Assembly: GCF_009914755.1 (NCBI RefSeq)
Contig: NC_060944.1
Origin: the human T2T-CHM13v2.0 reference genome, Homo sapiens
Strand: one strand, 5' to 3'
Length of the DNA stretch: 64,000 nucleotides
This document shows positions 27,401 through 43,450 of the stretch, in pieces. Position 1 is the first letter of the stretch, and the number at the start of each line of letters is the position of its first letter. The notes under the pieces were generated by a model. It ran no database searches, was not told the origin of the DNA, and saw only the letters and a list, made by a program, of their open reading frames with translations. A program made the position numbers and the translations under genes.

Positions 27401-28357
27401 ATTTAGAGAATGGCTGTTAACACAGCATAATCCAGCCCATCCTGACTAATCTGATATTAACATGTATAATAAAGAATTCTATCAATGCTGAGGGAAGATG
27501 ACTAGTTAAGGTCCTAGGTTGCAAGTCTCAAAACCTCTTCTAAGGATTGTAGACAGGAAATTAAATGACTTCTAGTCCCTAGAGTTCCCAATCTCCTACC
27601 ATCCCATCCTAATATGACAGAAGTAATTCCTGAGTTGCTTCTGAAACCAGAGCTTCCCTCAGAACCCTTAGCCTGCCAGATGGCTTCTTGGAGAGCCCTC
27701 ACTCACTTTTCTCCTTCTGCTATTGCTGCTCATTCATTCCAGCTTTTAAAAATTCATCTTTATCCAGGAACCTCGCTTCTAGAAAAGTCATACAGGTGCT
27801 TCCAGGAGGCTACATGGGCACCCATATTTTTCTAGCCACTTTCATTAGACCAATGCAGCAGAGAAGAAAAGCCTCAATAATTATTATGACATGGCATGTT
27901 AGGATACCAAGTAAATTGCATTTGTAAAATGTGATTTTCTGTTGGTGTTCACTTCTGCTCTACTGACATTTGGTAAGTATTATTGACTGACTGACTAACT
28001 AATGTGGTCATTAGTCTTCATAAAGAAAGGCTCTCTACAAAAACGGAAGGATGCCCTTTTTCTGGCATTTAATACGTAAGAAATTGCCTCCAATAGAAAC
28101 CAGAGTTGCCTGATTACTATCAGCACAGGAGAAATGTATTAATGTGCCTTTCTAGTAACAGGTTTTTAGAAAGTCAAATATAAACAAATCTGTCTATTTG
28201 TGTGTGTGCATGTGGTAGTGGGGAGGGAAGAAAAAAGGAGGGGGAGAGAAAGAGAAATAAGAACCAAGTTTATTATACTGTATTCAGGGGGAAAAAATTT
28301 TCCCAAGGTTCTAACAGAAGAGCAAAGTGCCACTGTCAATAGCCTCAGTAGTGTTAG

Positions 28358-28746
<389 letters not shown>

Positions 28747-30407
28747 AGGATTGCTTTTACAGCCAGTCTTCAGGTGCCCACTGTAGGAACAATGTCATTT
28801 AACCCTCGGGATTATTCTGTGCCAAATATGGATAATGACTAATATCCAACACAGATATTCTCAGCTCAGAAGAGCAATTAGCAAATTCATAAATTAAGTG
28901 CTTGCTTCCTCTTTAGTCAAATACAAACGTTTGTTAAAAGATATTATTTTGCTTTACACTTTTTCTCTCAGAAATAAACAGATGCTTGAATTCCCACAGT
29001 GCTGCTTGAGCCTCACACCATGTCATCCTGCCAGGCACCCAGATCCAGTTCTAGAGTTTCACATGATCATGAGTGTTGGTTAATAAGTCAATGCGAACTG
29101 GGAGGGGAGATTTTTCAGGAGTGCCACAGGGCTCTCCCTTTAATCACATACACTCCCTGCTTTCATTGGAAAGTGTATAATGATGTCAGAGTGCCCCAGA
29201 ATGGAGCTAGTTGGAAGACTGCCGTCATAGGGATGCCTTAGTGAATTAATAAGGTTTTAATTTCTGGCTCTCAACTTTGTAGATGTAAAAGTTGATTTAT
29301 CAATATGTGAGAAAGGATGAATCTTTCTGAAGGTTATGTCATCACACTCACTAAGCACACAGAGAATAATGTCTAGAATCTGAGTGCCATGTTATCAAAT
29401 TGTACTGAGACTCTTGCAGTCACACAGGCTGACATGTAAGCATCGCCATGCCTAGTACAGACTCTCCCTGCAGATGAAATTATATGGGATGCTAAATTAT
29501 AATGAGAACAATGTTTGGTGAGCCAAAACTACAACAAGGGAAGCTAATTGGATGAATTTATAAAAATATGCCTCAGCCAAAATAGCTTAATTCACTCTCC
29601 CTTATCATAAGGATAATCTTGCCTAAAGGGACAGTAATATTAAAGACACTAGGAATAACCTCTGTACTTTGGACAGTAGACCTGCATAGCCCATTAGGCC
29701 TCAATGAAGTCTTATGCAAGACCAGAAGCCAATTTGCCATTTAAGGTGATTCTCCATGTTTCTGCTCTAACTGTGCTTCACAATACTCAAAACACTAAAT
29801 CAGGATGTTTCCTGGAGTTCAGGGAGCTGTCCGTGTTACTGAGCAGTTCTCAGCAACACAAAGATCCTACTGACTCCTCATCAGACTTCTTTCTCACTGG
29901 AATTTTACACCTGGGCTGTTAACACCAGGCCAGGTCAAATTCAAAGGAGAGAAAAAAGCTCATTATGAAGGGTAAAATCCAAAACACTGTGCATAAAGAT
30001 ATGTGTGCACAATTTTTATACATAAAGATTTCATAAAACCAAAGCATCAGGAAATGAAAAGAGATACAGAAAGAAAAATGATGGTAAATGAGACATTAAT
30101 TTACCCTTCTAATCTCTATCACAGCAAAAAGATAATTAAAAAATCTATATGAGGACCACAAAATACACAAAAATTATGTAGCAAAGCCTATAGCCTGAAA
30201 AAGTAAACATTGAAATTTGTATGTCCATAAAATGTTTACAAAATTCAGTACATATTACACACCCCACCCTAAAAACATCTAAGCAAAGTAGAGAATGTAG
30301 AAATGCTACAGATTATATTCTCTGATTATGACACAACAAAACTAGAAATTACAGCATGGAAATTTAAAAGCTTTCTCTTAAATAATTCTGTGTCAAAAAG
30401 AAATCCA

Positions 30408-30700
<293 letters not shown>

Positions 30701-30761
30701 GAAATCCAAATAAAATTTCCAGAATATGTGGAAAATAGTGACAATAAAAATATTACACATG

Positions 30762-31036
30762 TGTAATCCCAGCATTTTGAGATGCCAAGGTGGCAGGATC
30801 ACTTGAGACCAGGAGTTCGCAACCAGCCTGGACAACATAGGGAGACTCCATCTCCACACATGCCAAAAAAATTTTTAAATAGCCAGGTATAGTGGTACTT
30901 CTTGTAATCCCATCTACTTGGGAGGCTAAGGTGGGAGAATCACCCAACCTCAGTTCAGGGCTTCAGCAAGCCATGATCATATCACTGCACTCCAGCCTCA
31001 GCAACAGAGCAAGATCCTATCTCAAAAAAAAAAAAA
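30762..31036 (+). mobile_element. AluJ-like
   Basis: Diverged dimer with A tail; flanks share CACATGTG. Confidence 0.9.
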
Positions 31037-31168
31037 ATCACATGTGGGAAATAGCTATAGCACAATAAAAATAAATGTATTAAGTATGAACAACAAAAAA
31101 GCTAGTAAAGGTTGAACAACAACTATCCTTAGGAAAGTGGAAATAATGTATTAATAAATATGAAAGCA

Positions 31169-31510
<342 letters not shown>

Positions 31511-32323
31511 TTATAAATCAAAGCACTATGCCTTGAAAAGAGGGAGAAAAATTGTGAATTAAGGAAGGGAAGAGATGGTTGGAGAGGAGGTGGGAGAAGG
31601 CAGAGATAATTGAAGGAGCAAAAGCATCTGGAGAAGCAAAGCCACTGAAAGATGAACAGGGCTCTGAAAGAGATGCTTGATTGCTATCTTTTCAAATGAC
31701 TGCAGTTCCCAGTGACATCATTTTTCTCCTCCCTGGAAGTCTGAGGGGCAGTTCACTTATCTCCTCCCCTCCCCTACTCCTCACCCCACACTCAAAACCT
31801 GTCTATGCTCCTTTCATTCTCATATGACAGATTTCAGATGGCAGTCTTATTTCCCTGATTTCTTTTTGAGATAGCTTGCATTTCCCTCCTCTATATAAAG
31901 CCACCGTTTATCAAATGCCTACATGGACCAAGCAGTCCACAAAGGCTTCACAGACAGTTTTACTAAACTCATGCCAAAACTTTCAGGTTTTATACCTACC
32001 TTATAGATAAAGAAATTGAAGCTTATAGAGTTTAAGTAATGTTCCCAAAGCCTCATGGCTAGTAATTCAAACCTAATTTCTGCCTACTCCAAAGTCTATT
32101 TTTCCTTATGATACTATACTGCCTCTCCATGGATAAAGACAGAGATCACATATTAATAAAATTTGCACAAAGTCGGCAAATTGTTGAAAGGGAAGGCTAA
32201 GATGATTAATAAAATCAAGAGCCAGATGATCTCAACAACCTGAAATAACTGGCTGACAACCAATTTGAATAACTCCCTGCGGGTGAAGTTCAAAGTACTA
32301 TTCGGGTTTTTTTTTTAAAGTTT

Positions 32324-32692
<369 letters not shown>

Positions 32693-32950
32693 TCAGCATT
32701 TTAGTGATCTGTATGGTCCCTCTATCTGTCAGGGTCCTAGCAGGAAATTGTTGCACTCTCAAAGGATTAAGCAGAAAGAGTTTAATGAAGGATCTCTTTC
32801 CAGGGTTAAGGGAACTGCTAGGGTTTGGATATTTGACCACTCCAAACTCATGTTGAAATGTGATCCCCATTGTTGGAGGTGGGGCCTAATGGGAGGTGTT
32901 TTGGTCCTGAGTGTGGACCTCTCACGAATGTCTTGGTGCCATCCAAGTGA

Positions 32951-33299
<349 letters not shown>

Positions 33300-33507
33300 T
33301 AACAAGAGCCTGGCACAAACCCCTCTCTCTCGCCACGTGATCTCTGCACATGCCAGCTTCCCTTCCCCTTCTGTCATGAGTGGAAACAGCCTAACGCCCT
33401 CACCAGAAGCAAATGGTGGCACCATGCTTCTTGCACACCTTCAGAACTGTGAGCCAAATAAACCTCTCTTCTTTAAAATTATTCAGCCTCTGGTATTCCT
33501 TTATAAC

Positions 33508-33542
33508 AACACACACACACACACACACACATACACACACAC
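33508..33542. repeat. (CA)n microsatellite
   Basis: Direct. Confidence 0.95.
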
Positions 33543-36500
33543 GCAAAAGCAGACTAAAACAGGAACTAATTAGAAATGGTGATGCACCGAGGGATTGGCA
33601 CCGAGGCTCCCCAACAGGAACTGAGGTCATGGATAGAAGGACACATTCATGTTATTTTTTTCTAATGGTTAAGTAATTATTTGCTCTTACTCTCAAAATT
33701 TCTGCCAAGGCCTCCCATGGACCAAACTCAACTAGAATCTAGGAAGCAGAGAACCTGAGTGTTGCATTCAGCAGAAGTCAGCTTCCTAGGGAATCTTGCA
33801 GGAAGGGTGAAGGTAGAGAATCTGGTGGGGAAGCAAGCAAATGCCCATCACATGCACTTTCCTCCAACAGAGCGACTCAGATGCTATAAAACTTGCTAAC
33901 ACAGTCTCAGGGTCTGATCACAGTAACATACAATCCAGGTTTTAATCATCAGAAATCACAGTCCTATTGTCTTCTGCACAGACCCAAACACACTTGGAGG
34001 TCATGTTCAATATGAATACCTCACAGAGAAGGAAATTTACACGCGAGAAGTACATCTGCAGAAAGCCAGCTGGCATGTCAACCATTCAAAAACTCAGGGT
34101 GTTCTGGATAAAGAAGACTCAGGAAGACAAGTATGAAGCATAATCTGTGACATTCCATGCGGCAGACATTAGACACATACAAGAGAGTTGTTGGAAAGCG
34201 GAATTTATCTTCATATAAACAACACTGAGCTAAATCTCAATATTTCAGATCTCTAGAACTATCCATCAGTGAAATGGATTGCAAATACAAAGAGTAATAC
34301 CATGTCACTTAAGAATACAATCATGGACGAGGCTGCCACCTGCTGTTGGGGGCCACTGCAGAAGAAATTCCAGAACACTGGACTGGAGAGCACCTCACTT
34401 TCCTTACAGCTCTAAGTTTCTGACTCAGTGACCTGATTCACTACCATATACACAAAGACCCACTTACACAAATGACTGTTCTTCACACTAGGCCCATGGA
34501 GACAGGGATAAAATTCTGAATTTGCTCAGATACCTTCTCCGCTACTGACATCTAGGCATTACACAATTCATCTCTTCATATTTAACCTTTGAAGTTTGCT
34601 ACTTCTCAGAGAGACTAATGAGTAGTGAGCAAATATCCTGAAGTTGAGAATGCTTCTACCTCCTCTCAAAACAACGGAATATTCATCAAAACACAACAGT
34701 TCTGCACTTAACTTTAGGCCTTTTCTAACACCTTGTTTCTTGGCAGTAACTGTGGCCAGAATAGCTCTTTCCACAGATAAAGGACCTTTTGAAAGGATAG
34801 GGTCTCTAGATAGAAAAGCAAATGCCTCATTCCAGAAGGTCTTCAAGAAGAAAATGTTGTGGTGATAACAAACATAACTGATTATAATCTATTCTGTGAA
34901 AAAAGCTTATGAAACAGTAGATGTGTGTATCTAGTACATAAGAGCTGAATGTCAATATATATATAGATATATACACACACTCAAATAAATAATAGTTATC
35001 TCTAACTAGAGAAATTCTAGTTGCCTTATATTTTCTTCTTTTTCCTTACTATATTTTCTACAATAAACATGTGTTTTTAACAAGAAAAGTCTTTTCTGGT
35101 GTGCTTTTTAATTTTCTTTGTTTAAGTGAGAGTGAGGCTACATAACTACATGGCTAGGTAGACTTTTAGAAAACTTGACTGCTCTAGAAAATTGACATAT
35201 CCTGATTTCTTCCATAGCTTGGATCTTGACCTAGAGGGAAATATAAAAGTGTTGACTTGAACCTGAGGGGTGCCATTTTCACTGCTGAAGTAGTTTCATG
35301 GATCATGAATTGGAGAAATGACTTCAGCAACATGGGTGTTAAAAACAGAAAGCACAAGTGACCCACAACAGATGATGGAGAACAAAGAGCAAGCTGGGAA
35401 AGCAGTGGCCTTTAATACAGAAAAGAAGAAGTATAGCCACAATAAATATTAGGCAGACAGCAGTTCAGCAGTTTATACTATTAAGCTGTTGTTTAGGGGA
35501 ATAGTAAACTGACATGACCCTTGAGGTAGGTATATATAGGTAAATTCTATGTGTCCCTTGAAATAGGTGTATGACACAACTTCTGGCATCTACATGGATT
35601 TGGTCACTCTAAAGTAGCCATGAGGCTTAAGATAGTTCAGCTGTTTGGGGATAAGTTAAATCATTTGCCATTGTCTTTCTGCAATTTGCATATCCTACAG
35701 TTATCATTGCCATTACTGAATGGCACAGAGAAAAATTCTGGTCTAAAGTGGTTCTCAAACCTGGTTGCTGGAGGGCCACCCTCAGTGATGATGATTTAAT
35801 CTGTAGAAGAGTAGAACATTGATAGTTTTTATATATCTCCAGGTAATTTTAATATATAACTGGGGTGAGAATCATTGACGTAATTGTAAGAGGATAATAT
35901 TCAGGAAATATGGAGATAAATAATTTTCTTCTCGACATTAAAAAAATCTAATAAAAAGTTTTATCTTTTCCCCTAACTCAGGGTCATCAGCCTTCAAGCT
36001 TCAGTCTCTGTGTGTTCACAGGTGCTGTAAACACACGCATCACTACTAATATCCCACTTCAGTGCTATTGCTGCTCCCAAAACTCCAGGTATTTTTAACC
36101 TTATAAACCTCCAGAATAATGAGACCACTGGGTTCAGTAAATTGCTTTGTTTTGAAGCAGTATTAGACAAAGTGGGAGACTAGAAGATAAATCTGTCAAT
36201 GACATGTCCTTTAAGACTACTTAGATTTTGTTGAATTTGTGGATCATTCCTTACTTGAGCAAATGGTAAATTAACTCTCTCTTTTCTCTCTCTCTCTAGC
36301 TGGCACACTTTTTCCAGTAGCCATTCTACTTGGTATGCTTACTTATCAGCTGTCCTCCAGGGGCCTCACATTAGATGTTTCTCTGACTAACCAAACATGA
36401 CACACAGCTGAAGTCAGAAAAACCAGATTGATAATTTCACTCAAACTATTTTCCTTCATTCTAACAATTTACTGGAGTACACAATTGTGACTATTTTTAG

Positions 36501-36811
36501 CCATAGGAACTCATAGAAAGACCAACTTCATTAGACCTACAAAATCGAATTGTGTAACAGTATATGCAGTATGTGTAGGAATAAAAAGCATTTCTCAAAT
36601 ATGCAGTACTGGATTTTGCAAAAGCACCTTACACTTAGCTATAAAGGAGTGGAAAACACAAAGATGAGTAACTGCACCTTTCAAAAGACTAGAGCTATAC
36701 CAATAATACAAAGGTGTAAACAAATAATGATGAGATGACAAAGGCTGAGTGTTTTCTATTTGGAAGCTATGTTGTTGAGTTATTTATGTATATAATTTCA
36801 TGCAATCTTAA

Positions 36812-37115
36812 TGTTATGGGGATGTTCTAATCCACTGTGACTCTGTCCTTAAATAAAAGGGAGATTTGGACATAGAGAGAGGCACACGGGGAGGATGCCA
36901 TATGAGAATTGACACTGTGCTGTCACAAGCCAAGGAACTACTGGAAGGAGAGAAAGAGGACTGGAACAGTTCCTTCCTTAGCACCTTTTCAGGCAGCCTA
37001 GCCCTGCCAGCTTCTTGATCTGGACTTCTCACCTCTAGAATTGTGAGGCAATAAATCTCTGTTGCTTAAGTTACCCAGTTTGTGGTACCTTATTACAGGA
37101 GCCCTAGGAAAATAA
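36812..37115 (+). mobile_element. MLT1A/B-type LTR
   Basis: GACTTCTCACCTCTAGAATTGTGAGGCAATAAATCTCTGTTGCTTAAG...TTTGTGGTAC...GCCCTAGGAAA. Confidence 0.8.
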
Positions 37116-37676
37116 TTCATTATATAATCTGCTAAGGTAGATCTGATCATTGTCTCCAATTTCCATATGAAGAAACTATGCCTCAGGCATTGTGTCAGTT
37201 GTCCAAAATCATACATTCCTGACTCACTTCAATGAATTCCTCATTCAGCAAAATTTTTAAGGTACCTTAAAAAAATTATGTTAACTCTTAAGGCCTTGCT
37301 TTAAAGCTTCAATGGGCTTTTCCTTTGCAAAGAATAAAATCCTAATACTTAAGCATAGCTCTCTTTCCTGGCTATGTTTCTGACATCCTCTTGTACCATG
37401 CTCCTCCTTAATCATTCTGAGGTTACATCTTAAGTCCTTTCCCCTTGCCATTCCCACTTCTTGGAATACTTTCCCATCAACTCTTCAAAGAACTGCCTTC
37501 TTTAAGTATTTGGTCTCAGTTCAAATGTCACTTCCCTGTAAAAGCTTCCTGGCCATCAAGCCTTCTTTACACACTCTATTTTATTTTTTCATGGTTCCTA
37601 TAACAACCTAATATATTCTCAATTGATTAACTGTTTTGCTGACTACTGCCTTCCATAAGAATGGAAAGAAAACGTG

Positions 37677-37912
37677 GCCAGGTGCAGTGGCTCACACCTG
37701 TAATCCCACCACTTCAGGAGGCTGAGGCAACATGGCAAAACCTTCTCTTCAAAAAATTTTTTAAAAGTTAGCTGGATGTTGTGGAGGCAAGAGGATCACT
37801 TGAGGATCACTTGAGTCCATGAGGTCAAGGCTGCAGTGAGTCATGTTTGCACCACTGCACTCTAGCCTAGGTGACAGAGCTAGTCCCTATCAAAAAAAAA
37901 AAAAAAAAAAAA
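37677..37912 (+). mobile_element. AluJ-like, internally deleted
   Basis: Both monomers shortened; GAGGATCACTT duplicated; A tail. Confidence 0.88.
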
Positions 37913-38915
37913 GAATGGAGAGAATGCTACATGAGAGAAAGGATCTTATCTATCACGTTCACCTCCCAAGAGGTGAACATATCCCCCAAAGCCTGATAGA
38001 GAGAAGATGCTCATTAATATTTAATGCATGACCATGTGCAGACTTGGGAGGAAAAATATGCCTCAGCCTATCAATATTGGATCCTTAATAAACAAGGATG
38101 TTTCTGCATCATTTCCCCACAACACCGAACAAGTGTGGCTCACTGTGGATGTTTAAGCAAATGCATTGTTTTTCCAGTTATATATCTGGTAGAGATTAGG
38201 CCATTGATAGGAATGGGAAGACGATCTCCTTTTATTTTGATGACCCAGCATGGCTGAACACTCAGTGACTACCACTGCACTTTGTTGTACTTTCAGCATT
38301 AGAGATGCCAGCCCTGTAGGATATAAAACAGGAACATCTAGTCCTCAATTATATTCAGAATTACTCAAGTCTTAGAAGCACCACTTGTCTTTTTTCAAGG
38401 GAGAGAAATGCTCAAGTGATGGGCTGAAGTGAAGGGAGGGAGTCACTCACTTGAATGGTTCCCTTAGGCTGTGTGGATGCAAACAGCATTAGACAATGAC
38501 ACTGACAGTGGGAAATGCACTGGAGACGATGATTGGCAAAGCCCTCCTTTTCTCCCCATCCACTATAGATACTGACAGCAAAGGGTTTGTCACAATGACA
38601 ACTATACACTCCCAATATCACAGAAGAAGGAGGAATAAAAGGGTATATTATGAGTGACTGAAGTTTAGAATAAATTAATAAATATTATGTCCCTCATCCA
38701 TAGAAACCACAAAGGTCTAGTAAGGCTAAGGATATAACAAGAAAATAATATGAATATTTGCTTCCCCTTCCTAGTGTAATAGAGTAAGTTACAAATGGCT
38801 TCAGGAAGGGGAGAGAGGAAGAAGAGTGGATGAGATACGTAAGAGTGCTTGAGGGATAATTTTATGAAAGCTTTGGGAAGTTTTAAGAAAAAGAAAAGCT
38901 ATTTTTCAAGGTACA

Positions 38916-38961
38916 TGTGTGTATGCGTGTGTGTGTGTATGTGTGTGTGTGTGTGTGTGTG
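38916..38961. repeat. (TG)n microsatellite
   Basis: Direct. Confidence 0.95.
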
Positions 38962-39189
38962 AAAGACAGAAGAAAGAGGGAGACCTAAGAAGACTATGAG
39001 ACACTAAGAGAAAAATTAAGGTAAAAAAGACACACACTTAGAAAAACACACATAGGGAGGAGGGAGGAGGTTAAGACATTTTACTATGTGCTGTGAATGG
39101 AAACTACAAACCATTTTTGATATATGCAATATATATACATATATACACACATATACATATGTATTTAAATATTTAAATTACATTTTCTC

Positions 39190-39359
39190 TTTTTTTAGAG
39201 ATATGGTTTCACTATGTCACTCTGCCCAGGCTGCAGTACAGTGGTTGTTCACAGTCATGATCATAGCACATTATAGCCTTGAACTCCTGGGCTCAAGCAA
39301 CCCTCCTGTATTAGTCTCCCCAGTAGTTGGGATTACTAGCATATGCCACCATGTCCACC
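39190..39359 (-). mobile_element. Alu right monomer (J/FRAM-like)
   Basis: GAACTCCTGGGCTCAAGCAACCCTCC...GGGATTAC. Confidence 0.8.
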
Positions 39360-39394
39360 TTTATGCTTTTTAAAGTGAAAAACCATACTAAGAA

Positions 39395-40295
39395 TGAGGC
39401 AGCTCAACTTAATAATAAAAACATTTCAAATGTAAAGAAATTTACAAAAGAAAAACAATCAACCCCATTAAAATTGGGCAAAGGGAATGAACGGACACTT
39501 TTCAAAAGAATACATGCATGCAGCCAACAAACATACAAAAAAAAAGTTCAACATCACTGATCATTAGAGAAATGCAAATCAAAACCATAATGAGATACCA
39601 TTTCACACCAGTCAGAATAGCTATCATTAAAAAGTCAAAAACTAACAGATGCTAGTGAGGCTATGGAGAAAAGGGAATGCTTATACACTGTTGTTGGGTG
39701 TGCAAATCAGTTCAATCATTGTGCAAGGAAAGTGATTCCTCAAAGAGCTAAAAGCAGAGCTACCATTCGACCCAGTAATCCCACTACTGGGTATATACCC
39801 AGATGAATATAAACCATTCTACCATAAAGACACATGCATACAAATGTTCATTGCAGCACTGTTCACAATAGCAAAAGTATGGGATCAACCTAAATGCCCA
39901 TCAATGACAGATTGGATAAAGAAAATGTGGTACATATACACCATGGAATACTAAGCCGCCATTAAAAAATGATATCATGTCTTTTGCTGGAATATGGATG
40001 GACCTTCTATTATCCTTAGCAAACTAATGCAGGAACAGAAAACCAAATACAGCATACTCTCAGTTATAAGTGGGAGCTAAATGATGAGAACTCATGAACA
40101 CAAAGAATAAAACAGACACTGGGGTCTACTTGAGGGTGGAGGGTGAGAAACGGAAGAGAAACAGAAAAGATAACTATTGGGTACTAGGTTTAATACCTGG
40201 GTGATGAAATGATCTGTACAATAACCCCCTGTGACACCAGTCTACCTATGTAACAAATGCCCCTAAACTTAAAATAAAAGTTAAAAAAAAAAGAA
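39395..40295 (+). mobile_element. L1PA (older primate) 3' ~0.9 kb with poly-A
   Basis: AGAGAAATGCAAATCAAAACCATAATGAGATACCA, GGATAAAGAAAATGTGGTACATATACACCATGGAATAC, ACTTAAAATAAAAGTTAAAAAAAAA. Confidence 0.93.
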
Positions 40296-40427
40296 AATTA
40301 AAATCTCCTTATCATCTACCTGGTAATATGAAAAACACATATCTTTCATTCATTCCTTTCAACTGATGAGGAAACTGAGGCATTGGGAGTTAGTAAAAGT
40401 CCACATTGAGATATGAGACCCACCACT

Positions 40428-40742
<315 letters not shown>

Positions 40743-43037
40743 TCATTTTGCAAGTGTTACCACTATTGTGTGTTAATATTGTAGAAGTATTCCTAATTAT
40801 GATTTCTTTGTATTCCTAATTGTAATAGCTTTGTATTTGAAAAATTATTGATTCATACTCTATATGTTATTATTTTGTATGCGATGACAACAGAATATAT
40901 TATCATGCTCCTCTTGTGAATCTCATTCATAATATAAAGTATAAATTTGTGATTTTGCTTTAATTTGAAATATTAATTTCAAATATGTTATCACAATTTG
41001 ATACAAACTATTGACAGTAAATCTGTGGATTAAGTAATGTCTTAGTAGGTATTGGGAAAATTTGAAACTAGTAACATGGAGGACTATTGTCATTGTTTAT
41101 TTCAAAGCCAGTTAAAATTCTGCAAAGCAGTGTACATAAAAATAATTTCAAGAAATTTATAAAATACCGAGATTATGGTGTATAAACAACTTTAGATTCT
41201 TTGTTTAAGAAATACTGCCAGTTTGTAATATATGCTTCATTCAAAGTAGCTAAGGGCTGTACCTGGCTAATAGTAGGCACCTAATATTTGTTGAAAAGGA
41301 ATACTGAGTAGCTGGGACCTCCTGAGTAGCTGGGACCACACACATTTAACCTGTATTTATAAAATTACTGTTTAGAGAATAACATTTGATGGAATCATGC
41401 TTTTACTTTCTGCTTACGACTCAATTGTTTGTACTGACATTAACATCCCAAATCCTTAGCATGGCCTACAAGGCCCTGAGCAATGTGGCACCTGCTGAAG
41501 CCTGCTGCCTCATTTAATAACTCTTTGTCTCTTTCCCAGATCCAGCCACTCTAACATTTTTTAGCTCCTGGACCAAGACAAGCTCTTCCCAGAACCTGAG
41601 CTTTGTACCTGTTCTTTATTCCTGGAGTATTTTTCCCCTGACAAATTACTTATCATCTATCATAATTCAGGTTAAATGGCACTAACTCAGGGAAGGCTTC
41701 CCTAACTGTCTCCCTTCTCCAACCAAATTAGGAACAATTATATGGCCACATAGTATCGAATCAAGTTTATAATTTTAAAATAATTGGGAGATTTTGTTGT
41801 TTAACACTTGTTTTCACTATAAGACTGTAATTACATGCAAGTAAGAACCATGCCTGTTTGTTCACTCCTGCCACAGTCAGAATAGTGCCTGGAATATGCA
41901 GTAAGGGCTGAACAAGCACTAAATAAATGAACAAGTGAATAAATGGATATTGTCTCATTTTTAGAACAGAGTACTAAATGGATCATGAACACTATCTGGT
42001 ATGTCACGTAGGTAATTTACAAGGGCTACAATTTCAGCTCAGATTTACCTTTTCCTGGATACAGGTCTTGATAGGTCTCTTGATGTCATTTCACTTCAGA
42101 TTCTTCTTTAGAAAACTTGGACAATAGCATTTGCTGTCTTGTCCAAATTGTTACTAAGAATCAAGAGAGATATCTGACATGAAATGACATTGGAAAACAT
42201 TAAACACGATTGAAATAATGCTAGCCAATATGGTTACTATTAGAAACCAATTACATTTTCAACTTAAAAATAGTAATACTTATTGCAGACTCAAATGTGC
42301 TTATTCTAAAACAAGTAAATGTTTGCCTATGGTCTGAGATTCTAATCCACGGAGTTCATTCTAATCCACATTCAACACTATCATGTACCAGTGGGCCTCA
42401 TAACCCACCTAGCCCTGTGATTTTTCAGGTTCACTTTTCTAAACTTGTGAATTAAATATTTATTTTCTTAGTTCAGAAGAGGAAAAAAACTCTTGTAATT
42501 GTTGCCCATTTCAGGAGAAATCTTGCATATGAAAACAAGAGATAAATATACACAACTGAGGGCTGTGGTTTAAACAAAATCTTGAGAATGTTTTTTGACC
42601 TTATACATTTGTGCTTTAGTATAACAAAATGATATAGACAAAGGTAACTTTTAATAGAACCAGTCACTAAATTAAAAAAATGACAAATTCTTCTGCTTAG
42701 CTAAGCAACAGAGAAGGTAAAATACTAATTCAATTCATCAATTTAAGCAATACTCATTAAGAGCCAAGTATGTGCTTACTGAATAAGCTGCTAAGGTTTG
42801 GTGGTTACAGAGTGTGCGGTGAAATGATGTCTACATCACAGTCCAACATTCACAGAGTTTAAAAGCCTACCAAGAATCAAGACAGACACAAATACCTAAC
42901 ATAGACGTTTGTATATGATAAGAGAGCCAGAGTACAATTTAGGAGAAGAAATTGTATGGAAGGAAGGTTCATTTCCATTAGACCAGAAAAGACAGCACAT
43001 TTGAAGGCCTGAATAAGAAATATTCTGGATAAGATAT

Positions 43038-43450
43038 TGTGGCTGCTACCAGAATGGCTCTTGATGATCTCTACCTCTTGGTATTTATACCCTTATATAA
43101 TCTCTTTCCTATAGTGTAAGCTGGTCCCAGGTACTTGTTTCTATTGAATAGAATAGAACAAAAGAAATGAGATGCCACTTCTGAGATTAGATTATAAGAT
43201 ACTGTGAATTTCTTCTTGTGTCCTCTCCCTCTCTCTCTTTCTCTTGCCCTCTCATTTGAATGAAGCCAACTGGCATGCTGTCAGTGGCCCAGTGTAAGTC
43301 CTGTTACAAGAAATTGATGATTACCTGTAGCCAACCCTAAGTGAAGAACTGAGGTCCTCAGTCCTACAAATGGAGAGAAACTGAATCTAGCTAAGAACCA
43401 TGTGAGTGAGCTGGGAAGAAGATCCACCCTCAGTTGAAATTTAAGATGAC
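43038..43450 (+). mobile_element. MLT1 (E/F-type) LTR fragment
   Basis: GATGCCACTTCTGAGATTAG, GAACTGAGGTCCTCAGTCC...GAACCATGTGAGTGAGCTGGGAAG. Confidence 0.7.

Noticed and set aside
29770-29915. Possible minus-strand lncRNA exon
   Set aside because: Splice signals are weak and ambiguous; cannot be supported without transcript data.
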